Position numbers and translations under genes: made by a program. Under the pieces are notes generated by a model. It ran no database searches, had not been told where the DNA came from, and saw nothing but the letters and a program-made list of their open reading frames with translations. From the sequence record SRR20825006_999: a DNA stretch of 64,000 nt. One strand, written 5' to 3'. Below are positions 38,316-46,614 of this stretch, piece after piece (within the stretch, counting starts at the first letter, position 1; every line of letters starts with the position of its first letter).

Positions 38316-39560
38316 ATGCAGACGGGATCAACAGAACAGACACTTAGCAGTTTAACTGCGCCTTTGATAAAGCAAATACCAGTTACTGTACATGGTAGTG
38401 AGCTCTATGCTGTTTTGGGTAAAATTCTCGATGAACAACCTGATGAAACAAGACTTGCATTAAAAAATATACTTGAGCAATATTTAATGCATATGAAAAA
38501 AAATCAAGCATCTGATATAGATATTGGTGGCTTGGGGTGTGATGGTAAAATTTGGTATCGCATATTTGGAGATAAAAAACCTTTTAAAAAGTCCGATAAT
38601 TATTCTTTAATTGAAACGGACTTCCTATTGTTAAACATACTTGTTAATAGCCAAAGAGAACGATTAATAAAAGATAAGAATCTCGACTTTTCTTACTCTA
38701 TAGATGTTGGTGATGGTAAAACTCAACGCTTCAGAGTCGACATCTACTTTGATATGGAACATTTTGCTATGAACATGAGGAAAATTGATAGTACCATTCG
38801 TCCTTTCAAATCACTCAATGTTCACCCTGAAATTGCAAAAGCATTAAGTCTCAAGTATTATAAATATGGCTTAACTTTAATCACTGGCATTACTGGTTCA
38901 GGGAAGTCTTCTACACTAGATACGATAATAGATGCAAATAATCGTACTGTTGACTCTCATATTGTTGTAATTTCTTCCCCGGTTGAACTTATTCATAAGC
39001 CTTTACGGTCAGTTGTCCGGCATAGAGAAGTTGGACGAGATGTAGACTCTTTTAAAGATGGCGCAATTCAGGCTTTAAGACAAGATCCTGATATTATAGT
39101 TATTGGTGAGCTGAGGGATCCTCAAACTATATTAACAGCTTTAGAAATTACAGATTCCGGTCACAAAACATTCTCTACATTACATACATCATCTGCAATG
39201 GACAGTATTGACCGTATTTTAGGTGAAGTACCAACTGCAGAACAAAATAGAGTGAGGTCAAGATTAGCTGATGTATTAACTTGTGTAATTAGCCAGAAGC
39301 TTGTGCCAAGCATTGATGGAAAAAGAGTACTTGCAAAAGAAGTTTTATTAGGAACTTTTTCGGTAAAAGCAGCCATTAGGAATAATAATGTTGGTGAAAT
39401 TTACCAAATGATGATGGAAGGAAGCGAGAAGGGTATGAATACATTAGAACAAGATTTAAAACGTCTTTTCCAGGAAGGTAAGATTTCTAAAGAAAGTGCA
39501 TTAAATTATTCGAATAATAAAACTAAGATGATGCAGCTTTTTAGTGAGGTTAACTATTAA
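38316..39560 (+). CDS. pilT: Type IV pilus retraction ATPase (PilT/PilU family)
   Basis: 'ASDI', 'LDFSYS', 'RFRV', Walker A 'GITGSGKSST', 'HREVG.D', 'ALRQDPDIIVIGELRD', 'GHKTFSTLHT', 'ISQKL', 'AAIRN', 'GMNTLEQDL'. Confidence 0.9.
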   Translation: MQTGSTEQTLSSLTAPLIKQIPVTVHGSELYAVLGKILDEQPDETRLALKNILEQYLMHMKKNQASDIDIGGLGCDGKIWYRIFGDKKPFKKSDNYSLIETDFLLLNILVNSQRERLIKDKNLDFSYSIDVGDGKTQRFRVDIYFDMEHFAMNMRKIDSTIRPFKSLNVHPEIAKALSLKYYKYGLTLITGITGSGKSSTLDTIIDANNRTVDSHIVVISSPVELIHKPLRSVVRHREVGRDVDSFKDGAIQALRQDPDIIVIGELRDPQTILTALEITDSGHKTFSTLHTSSAMDSIDRILGEVPTAEQNRVRSRLADVLTCVISQKLVPSIDGKRVLAKEVLLGTFSVKAAIRNNNVGEIYQMMMEGSEKGMNTLEQDLKRLFQEGKISKESALNYSNNKTKMMQLFSEVNY

Positions 39561-39563
39561 TTG

Positions 39564-41291
39564 ATGGCAAACAAAAAGATATATACTGGTATAGTTCTTG
39601 AGGATGACTATTTAAAAATAGCTAGAATTAGTGTAATTGGTAAAAAAGCTACATTAGTATACCTAGATAAAATAAAGCTAGTTGAGAATTTAGAAAAAGC
39701 ACCTTCTACTGTTGAGGTAGAAGCCCCGGTGGTTTTCGATGCGTTTGATGACGAACTAGAAGACGATAGTATTTTTGGTATAGAATCGGATCTTCCTGAT
39801 TTGGATGAAGGTTCAGATGAAGAACCAGACGATTTTGAAATTGATCTAGACTTAGATAATCTGGATAGCGGCGAAGAGTTGATTGACGTTGACATGGCTG
39901 ACGAGAATAATGATTCGGCACCTGCTAGCAACGAGCTTTTACTCTATAATATATTGAGCAATTTTAGCCACAAGAAAATCCACTTAGGGCTTAATATCCA
40001 TGCTGGGGGTAGCATCTTTCAGATTCTTAAGGATGTGGACTTTTCATCTACCAAAAAGAAAGATCTTAGAATCATTGTTGATGATAGATTAGAAGCTTTA
40101 TATGGTACTCCTAAAGCTGAGGATTTCTATTCGTACACTGTTAGAGAAGATGGAGCTCTACTCTTAGCTTCTATTGACGATGAGCCTCAAACGCTCCAAT
40201 TACTTGATAGAACATCTAGTTTATATAGAGGAAAACTTTTTATAGAAGAGATTCTTCCCGATGAAGTTCTCTTAATAGGGCTTATAAGAGGTAACTACGA
40301 ATTAGATCCAAGTAGTATAACCGCAGTAATACAATACGGAGAATCTTACTGTAGAGTATTATTTATGAAAGGTAAAGAGCTGTGGATTGTTTCACCTATT
40401 ATTACAGAGGGAACAAACTCTAGAAAATTTTTAAATACTGTTTTCAGTAAAATATTATTTCAGCTTGATACAGGAGAAGTACCTAACCTAGACCGTATTC
40501 TACTGTGTAATAATATTTTAGGTGAAGAGGCAATAGAGTTTTTTCAAGATAGATTTCCTGACATTGATGTTTCTGGATTCAGCTTTGATGAAGAGGTATT
40601 TGATACCGATAAGTTTGATACTGGTGCCGTAGGATCTTTTACGACAGCAATTGGTATGGCCTGGGCTACAGCTGGCTTTAACAAGGATAAGTTTCCCAAA
40701 CTGAGCTTTCTGCCCAATACTGTAAAAGACCGACAAAAGATTTTTAAGCTTCAATGGCACGGTTATGTAATGCTATTCTTAATTTTTATAACACCTTTTA
40801 TTTTCAATTACTATTACCTTAAAAATACTGCCGAAATAGAAACGCTAAAAGAACGTGTGTTTACGCTTGATCAAAACATTACATTGATGCAAGCTACTGT
40901 CAATAATTACAATCAAACAAATCAAGATTTAGCCGCTATTCAATCTCGGTTGGTATTGTTAGATGAACTAAGCAATGGTACTCTGACTTGGTCGGTAAAT
41001 TTTGATATCCTCAATAGAGGAGTGAATAATATTGACTCAATTTGGCTCACATCACTAACATCTACGCCAAATTCAAAAACTATCGAAGTGCAAGGTTATT
41101 CATTATTCAAAAATAGAATTCCAATGATTGCTGATATCTTTGATAATGCAGTATTAATTGACGTAAGTAGAGCAAAGATTAGAGATGAAGATGTTTATTC
41201 GTTCCGATATATAGTTAATAAAATTGTAGCAAATCAGAACATGTATACTCCTGAAAATGCTAAAGGCTTAGATAACGTTTTGGGGAATTAG
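39564..41291 (+). CDS. PilM-like (actin-fold) plus PilN-like fusion protein with acidic insertion
   Basis: PilM-like start 'GIVLEDDYLKIA' and end 'TTAIGMA'; then 'LSFLP' (PilN INLLP-like), TM helix, coiled coil, 'IWLTSL', 'IEVQGYS'; position before pilO/pilQ. Confidence 0.72.
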   Translation: MANKKIYTGIVLEDDYLKIARISVIGKKATLVYLDKIKLVENLEKAPSTVEVEAPVVFDAFDDELEDDSIFGIESDLPDLDEGSDEEPDDFEIDLDLDNLDSGEELIDVDMADENNDSAPASNELLLYNILSNFSHKKIHLGLNIHAGGSIFQILKDVDFSSTKKKDLRIIVDDRLEALYGTPKAEDFYSYTVREDGALLLASIDDEPQTLQLLDRTSSLYRGKLFIEEILPDEVLLIGLIRGNYELDPSSITAVIQYGESYCRVLFMKGKELWIVSPIITEGTNSRKFLNTVFSKILFQLDTGEVPNLDRILLCNNILGEEAIEFFQDRFPDIDVSGFSFDEEVFDTDKFDTGAVGSFTTAIGMAWATAGFNKDKFPKLSFLPNTVKDRQKIFKLQWHGYVMLFLIFITPFIFNYYYLKNTAEIETLKERVFTLDQNITLMQATVNNYNQTNQDLAAIQSRLVLLDELSNGTLTWSVNFDILNRGVNNIDSIWLTSLTSTPNSKTIEVQGYSLFKNRIPMIADIFDNAVLIDVSRAKIRDEDVYSFRYIVNKIVANQNMYTPENAKGLDNVLGN

Positions 41292-41299
41292 GAAAGAAA

Positions 41300-42160
41300 A
41301 TGACATACGCCCTACGAAATACAATTATACTTCTTATTACCCTATTTCTTTTTGTTGGGGCAGCTATAGGATATGTTAAATTTTTTCAGCTTGGAAAAAT
41401 AAGTGATCTATCTTCTCAATTAGTATCTAAAGAAGCTGATTATGCAGCTAAGCAAAAGATAAGAAATGATTATCCAGCCTTACTGGATAAATATTTACTA
41501 GCCAAGGATATAGTTTTAGGTTATGACAAGACTCTATATCCCGCTAATAATCCAGATGATGTATACAATTATTTAAGCCAAATTTCCGGAGAGGGATTAG
41601 AACTATTCTATGATTTTATACTTGTCGACTCAGTAAAATCTGATCAATATGGAATTATCAACTCCGACATTCAAGGCATGGGAGTTTATAGTGATATTGT
41701 TACTTTCGTAAATACATTAGAAAACAGTACGCTATTAAACAAAATAGAAAAACTGTCGATTACGCCACTCAACAACGATGATAATAAAGAGTACGTTTCG
41801 TTTAATTTTAGGCTTAAAAGCTATTATCAAAGGGTTAGTTTTGAAAACGGAATAAATATGGATGATTCACTTCAGCAAAATCCCAATATTTCTGTGTATA
41901 ATCCATTTAAGCCAATAATAATGTCAAATATTCCTCTCAACGAGGATAACCAAATAGAAATAGAACGCTCTAGATTATTGGGTATTTCAGGTACAAGAGT
42001 ATTTTTGATTGATCAATTTGGAAACACCAGAACACTAAAGATTGGTGATAAAGTTTTTCTAGGATATTTAAAATCCATAAATACAAGTAAACGAGAAGTT
42101 GTTTTTGATCTTGATAAAGGCGGAATTAAAGAATTATTTACTCTAAAGGTAGAACGATGA
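41300..42160 (+). CDS. PilO-like protein, probably with a PilP-like C-terminal domain
   Basis: N-terminal TM + coiled coil; 'G.YSDIVTFVNTLEN...L.KIEKL'; then 'YNPFKP', 'LLGI', 'LKIGDKV..G.LKSI...EVVF' (PilP/GspC-like). Confidence 0.68.
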   Translation: MTYALRNTIILLITLFLFVGAAIGYVKFFQLGKISDLSSQLVSKEADYAAKQKIRNDYPALLDKYLLAKDIVLGYDKTLYPANNPDDVYNYLSQISGEGLELFYDFILVDSVKSDQYGIINSDIQGMGVYSDIVTFVNTLENSTLLNKIEKLSITPLNNDDNKEYVSFNFRLKSYYQRVSFENGINMDDSLQQNPNISVYNPFKPIIMSNIPLNEDNQIEIERSRLLGISGTRVFLIDQFGNTRTLKIGDKVFLGYLKSINTSKREVVFDLDKGGIKELFTLKVER

Positions 42161-44007
42161 AATTAACGAGTACATATAGCATACTAAAAGGCTTACAGAG
42201 TTTATTTCTGTTAGGGCTGTTACTTATCCTTTCAGGAGAGGTTAATGCCCAGACTTTACCTTTTAGGGAGTATACAAATCCAGACGAAATAGTAACATTC
42301 GATAGGGCGACCTCTTTTATTGAGGCAGTTGAAATAATCAATCAATTTGCTCAAGAATACGAGAATAAATTTATTGTTGATAAATCGGGTTACTCTGGTG
42401 AGATAGGTGTTAGCCTCCCAGCAATGCACTGGAAAGATGCTTTAACTTATATTCTCCAGTTTAGAGGCTTAGAACTTATTACTACTCCACAATACTACGA
42501 AATTGGTGTTAGAACTATAAAAAGTGGTAACCCCCAACAACAAAATGTTGGTGCTGCTACTTCAGCGCTCCCTCAAAAAATACAGAAGGCGACAACTGCA
42601 ACACGGGAAGTGCGTATTAACGCTACTTTTTTTGAGGGTAATAGAAGAGCATTACAAGAGATTGGGGTTGATTGGTCAACCCTTACTAAAAATGTTCCTA
42701 CGAATATTAATGATTTTATTGATCCGGATGGTTCTGAATCAATTCCACAAACAACGTTTAATGACCAATTCGTATCAATAAATGCTACAAGTGCTAACCA
42801 GGTTTCACAGAACGTTTTTAATGCGTTGGTAAACTTTGGAGAAGTTGGCCCAGTAAATGTACAGGCTTTATTTAGTGCTTTTGAGTCTAGTAACTTGGGT
42901 AATATTCTTGCAACTCCATCCATTAAAGTAATTGATGGAGAGCAAGGGAAAATTCAGGTAGGTCAAGATTTTTCTATCAAACAAAAAGATTTTGCTGGTA
43001 ATGTTAGCGATGCTTTTTATAGTACAGGTACAATCTTAACTGTTACACCTACAGTTATTGAGTATGACGATACCACATTTATCCATTTAGATTTAGATTT
43101 AGAACGTTCAACTGCCTTGCCAGACGCCGTTAGTACAATAGTAAATAAGCAGACTGCAAAAACACAAACGCTGCTTCTTAATGGTGAGGCAACTTCAATT
43201 GCAGGGCTTTATCGTACCGATCATACCAGCGTAAGAAGAGGAGTGCCTATATTGAAAGATTTACCGCCATGGTTTTTTGGATTGAGATATATTTTTGGAT
43301 ATAACTCTGACGATAAATTAGAGAATGAGTTGGTAATTCTTGTACAGGCTGAACTTGAAAAATCATTGCCAGAGCGTATGAATGATGCTTTGATTTCAAA
43401 ACAAGAGTTGCTTCAGAACGAAAGAGAACGTTTTAGAAATGGAATGGAATACATTCTAGAGCAAGCAGAGAAAAGTGCAGTCATACCTTTAGATGTAAGT
43501 CCAAAAGTAGTAGGATCTCCAACGCCAGAAGTAAATGTTGAGCCTAAAAAGCCTGACACCACAATTGAAATAGACCCTATTGTAGAACCTGAAAAGGAGC
43601 TAACAGAAATAGAAGAAAAGCAGTTATCTGATCTTTCGATGCCAGTTAAAAACCCTGAGTTGATGATGGTGGTACCTAAAGCGTTCAACTTAGATGATTA
43701 TCTTGTAAAACAAGAAAATGGTGAATTAGAAGTTGCTGCAGAGGATAAAACACTCAAATATTTTGTTATTGGTGGTTCCTTTATAGTGCCAAATAACGCT
43801 TACCGATTTGAAAAGGCCCTTGATGCTGAGGGTTTTACCTCCAGAATTCTCTATAATCCAAGCTCTAAATTTAATTATGTTGCCTACTCTGGGTTTAGTA
43901 ATTATAAAGAAGCAGTTGCCCAAACACTAAAAATACGAGAGGCTTTAAACCCTGAAGCTTGGTTATTTAAGATGGAAGGCCAAACGGAGTATAAGAATCA
44001 GAATTAA
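42157..44007 (+). CDS. pilQ: Type IV pilus secretin (PilQ family) with C-terminal SPOR domain
   Basis: 'WKDALTYIL', 'EVRINATFFE', 'EIGVDW', 'ILATPSI...DGEQGKIQVGQ', 'GTILTVTP', 'GVPILKDLP', 'ELVILV'; SPOR-like 'YFVIGGSF..NA...L..EGF...EAWL'. Confidence 0.9.
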   Translation: MKLTSTYSILKGLQSLFLLGLLLILSGEVNAQTLPFREYTNPDEIVTFDRATSFIEAVEIINQFAQEYENKFIVDKSGYSGEIGVSLPAMHWKDALTYILQFRGLELITTPQYYEIGVRTIKSGNPQQQNVGAATSALPQKIQKATTATREVRINATFFEGNRRALQEIGVDWSTLTKNVPTNINDFIDPDGSESIPQTTFNDQFVSINATSANQVSQNVFNALVNFGEVGPVNVQALFSAFESSNLGNILATPSIKVIDGEQGKIQVGQDFSIKQKDFAGNVSDAFYSTGTILTVTPTVIEYDDTTFIHLDLDLERSTALPDAVSTIVNKQTAKTQTLLLNGEATSIAGLYRTDHTSVRRGVPILKDLPPWFFGLRYIFGYNSDDKLENELVILVQAELEKSLPERMNDALISKQELLQNERERFRNGMEYILEQAEKSAVIPLDVSPKVVGSPTPEVNVEPKKPDTTIEIDPIVEPEKELTEIEEKQLSDLSMPVKNPELMMVVPKAFNLDDYLVKQENGELEVAAEDKTLKYFVIGGSFIVPNNAYRFEKALDAEGFTSRILYNPSSKFNYVAYSGFSNYKEAVAQTLKIREALNPEAWLFKMEGQTEYKNQN

Positions 44008-44792
44008 GAAACGGCGTATTGTTCAATAAAATTTATCGAGAGTTCATTGAACTCTTCAGGCCGTTCAACATTGCACACATGCCCACAGTCTTTTACTACT
44101 TCTAAATAGGAAGTTCTGTGTTTTTCAACAATTTGTTTAACAGGAGGGAGGAACATGTAATCTTCTTCTCCCATAATGTAAAGCATGGGTGTTGATATTT
44201 CTTTTTCCTTGAAGTAGCGTAATAATGGATTAATCTCATTTGTAAGCTTGAACCATTTTAGAAATTCTTTTTGGTATAGCTTTTTTGCCTCTCTTATAAA
44301 TAAATTTCTGGACTCCTCATGCCGCTTCCTAGGCATTATTATCCATGCAAAAAACTTGTATAATAGCATATAAGGAATCACTCTCTTAAAGATATTACCT
44401 ACAAATACTAGTATCCTTGAACGTACATTGAGCCTTGTAATAGCTCCACAAAGTATGGCTGAGTGAATTCGTTCTGGAGCAATTTCCCCCAAAGTTCTTA
44501 TTATTATAGTACCGAGAGAAACTCCTACAAAGTGGGCTTTTTGAATCTCTAAATGATCTAGCACATCAATGATGTCTTGGCTTATATTTTCAAAAGAATA
44601 GTTCTCTTCATAATACTTTTGAAGTAAATCTTTAGACTTCCCGTGGCCTCTTAAGTCAATAAGAAGAACATTAAATTTTTTTTTGTAAGGCTTAATTTGA
44701 TTAAACCAAATAGACGAACTCCCCCCAGCACCGTGAATAAACACGACCCAGTTTGCAGAAGGAGATTTAATGTATTCTTTGTAATAGAGCAT
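44004..44792 (-). CDS. Alpha/beta hydrolase
   Basis: 'FIHGAGGSS', 'DLRGHG', nucleophile 'GVSLG', 'GEED', 'CGHVCN'. Confidence 0.88.
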   Translation of the reverse strand: MLYYKEYIKSPSANWVVFIHGAGGSSSIWFNQIKPYKKKFNVLLIDLRGHGKSKDLLQKYYEENYSFENISQDIIDVLDHLEIQKAHFVGVSLGTIIIRTLGEIAPERIHSAILCGAITRLNVRSRILVFVGNIFKRVIPYMLLYKFFAWIIMPRKRHEESRNLFIREAKKLYQKEFLKWFKLTNEINPLLRYFKEKEISTPMLYIMGEEDYMFLPPVKQIVEKHRTSYLEVVKDCGHVCNVERPEEFNELSINFIEQYAVS

Positions 44793-44923
44793 TCTTCCTA
44801 ACTTTTCACCTAATACAAAACCTAAAATAGTAGTTTAATTCTGTAATAACATCTTACTAAAGATTTCATAATTCTGAATTAATATGATAGGAATATTATC
44901 TATTAACTAATAGGTAACTTCTC

Positions 44924-45706
44924 ATGATTAAAGTATCAAACGATTATGATTCTCAAACAATTAGAAATTTTGAAATTTCAAGTCAGAAATATACTGTACG
45001 ATTGGCCCAAAACCGTGAAGAAATAGAAAAGGCATTAAAACTTCGGTTTGTTGTTTTTAATGTTGAACTCGGCGAAGGTTTAGAAGAATCTTATGTCAAC
45101 AAATTGGATGAAGACCGCTACGATGAATTCTGTTACCATTTAATTATCATTGAAAACGCCACAAAAGGAGTTGTAGGAACTTATAGAATCCAAGATAGCG
45201 ACAGTGCAGCCGAAGGCTTCGGATTCTATACAGAGAATGAATTCGATTTATCATCATTCCCAGATATTATAAGAACAGATGCTTTTGAGCTAGGCAGGGC
45301 TTGCATAGATATTCGGCATCGAAATGGTCGTGTTCTATATATGCTTTGGAAAGGGATAGCTAAGTTTATGAATCTATTAAATAAAAAGTACCTTTTTGGA
45401 TGCTGTTCTATAACTAGTCAGAATCCTTCAGAAGGTTTAGCAGTATACGAACACTTAAAAATGGGTGGCTTTGTAAGTGATACCTATTTTGCTGAAGTTA
45501 CACCAAATTATGAATGTTTGAGTTTTATTGATTCGCCATGCTCGGACTTAAAAGTAGAAATACCACAACTTTTTAAACTTTACTTAGAATTAGGGTGCAA
45601 GGTTTGTAGTAAACCCGCATTAGATCGGGAATTTAAAACTATAGATTTTCTAATTCTTTTGAATTTAAATTCCTTTTCAAGAGAATCAAGAGCACTTTTT
45701 TTGTAA
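44924..45706 (+). CDS. GNAT-fold amino-acid N-acyltransferase (OlsB/Acetyltransf_5 family)
   Basis: 'LRFVVFNVELGEG', 'DEDRYD..C.HL', 'VGTYR', 'FYTENEF', 'ELGRACI..HR', 'LWKGI', 'LFGCCS', 'PALDREF.TIDF'. Confidence 0.85.
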   Translation: MIKVSNDYDSQTIRNFEISSQKYTVRLAQNREEIEKALKLRFVVFNVELGEGLEESYVNKLDEDRYDEFCYHLIIIENATKGVVGTYRIQDSDSAAEGFGFYTENEFDLSSFPDIIRTDAFELGRACIDIRHRNGRVLYMLWKGIAKFMNLLNKKYLFGCCSITSQNPSEGLAVYEHLKMGGFVSDTYFAEVTPNYECLSFIDSPCSDLKVEIPQLFKLYLELGCKVCSKPALDREFKTIDFLILLNLNSFSRESRALFL

Positions 45707-45726
45707 TAGTTCACTAGATTCTCTCC

Positions 45727-46518
45727 ATGAGATTTTTGAGAATTGTTGTACGACTACCACTCTTTTTGTTAGCTACATTGTGTTGCTATTTATTTATAAT
45801 GGTGGGAGTTTTTATGACTGCTATTGGTCTTAATGGTCAGCCAACCAGTAGCTATTTCTTAGGTGCATGGGGAAATATAATTTGTGCCATTATTGGATTA
45901 AAAGTGCATGTTAAAGGAACAGCTCCTAAACCACCATTTTTCTTCGTTAGCAATCATTTAAGCTATGTTGATGTAATGGTCTTGTGTAAAACAACGAAGA
46001 GCTTATTTGTTGCTAAGAACGAAGTAAAGAGCTGGCCAATTTTTGGTATCATTGCCAGAACAATTGGAATGATTTTTGTTGATAGAGATAAAAGGTCGGA
46101 CGTAACTCGTGTTAATGCTGAAATATCAGATAGACTTGCGAGAAATTATGGAGTGACAATATTTCCAGAGGCCACTACTAGCCCAGGCCACGAAATTCTT
46201 CCTTTTAAAACCTCATTACTTGCTTATCCAGCCGCAAAATCAATTCCCGTACATTATGCTTCTATTACTTACTCTACCCCTAAAGATGATCAAGACGCAT
46301 ATATGGCCATTTCTTGGTGGGGAGATCAAACATTTTTTAATCACTTTATTAATTTTCTGTCGTTGAGAAAGTCTTCGTGTACAATTACGTTTTGTGATGA
46401 GCCAGAGTTTAATACAGATAGAAAAGAATTAGCCTCGGAACTATATAAAAAAATTGAAAGCACTTTTAAGCCAGTTATCGAATTTTCGGAGTATGCAAAA
46501 AAACACACTAGTGGTTAA
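45727..46518 (+). CDS. PlsC-family O-acyltransferase (OlsA-like)
   Basis: HX4D 'SNHLSYVD', 'FVAK.EV.SWP', 'FVDR', 'FPEATTS', 'PFK'; directly downstream of the olsB-like gene. Confidence 0.88.
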   Translation: MRFLRIVVRLPLFLLATLCCYLFIMVGVFMTAIGLNGQPTSSYFLGAWGNIICAIIGLKVHVKGTAPKPPFFFVSNHLSYVDVMVLCKTTKSLFVAKNEVKSWPIFGIIARTIGMIFVDRDKRSDVTRVNAEISDRLARNYGVTIFPEATTSPGHEILPFKTSLLAYPAAKSIPVHYASITYSTPKDDQDAYMAISWWGDQTFFNHFINFLSLRKSSCTITFCDEPEFNTDRKELASELYKKIESTFKPVIEFSEYAKKHTSG

Positions 46519-46614
46519 ACCAAAAATTCACTTAATAGATTGCGGAATCAATAATCTAACACTTGATGATGTCATCAATCAGTTTATAGTATTTTCAAAC
46601 TTGTATAAATCTTG

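Noticed and set aside
34533-44007. Interpretation of the cluster as a type II secretion system or Tad pilus
   Set aside because: A PilT-family ATPase and a PilQ-like secretin are present; no GspG-K pseudopilins and no TadA/B/C or RcpC
44841-44880. Pho-box-like 11-bp-spaced heptamers (CTGTAAT, ATTTCAT) upstream of the olsB-like gene, and TTAAY repeats upstream of the nuclease and phosphatase genes
   Set aside because: Matches are weak and expected by chance in AT-rich intergenic DNA; would need a position-weight-matrix scan
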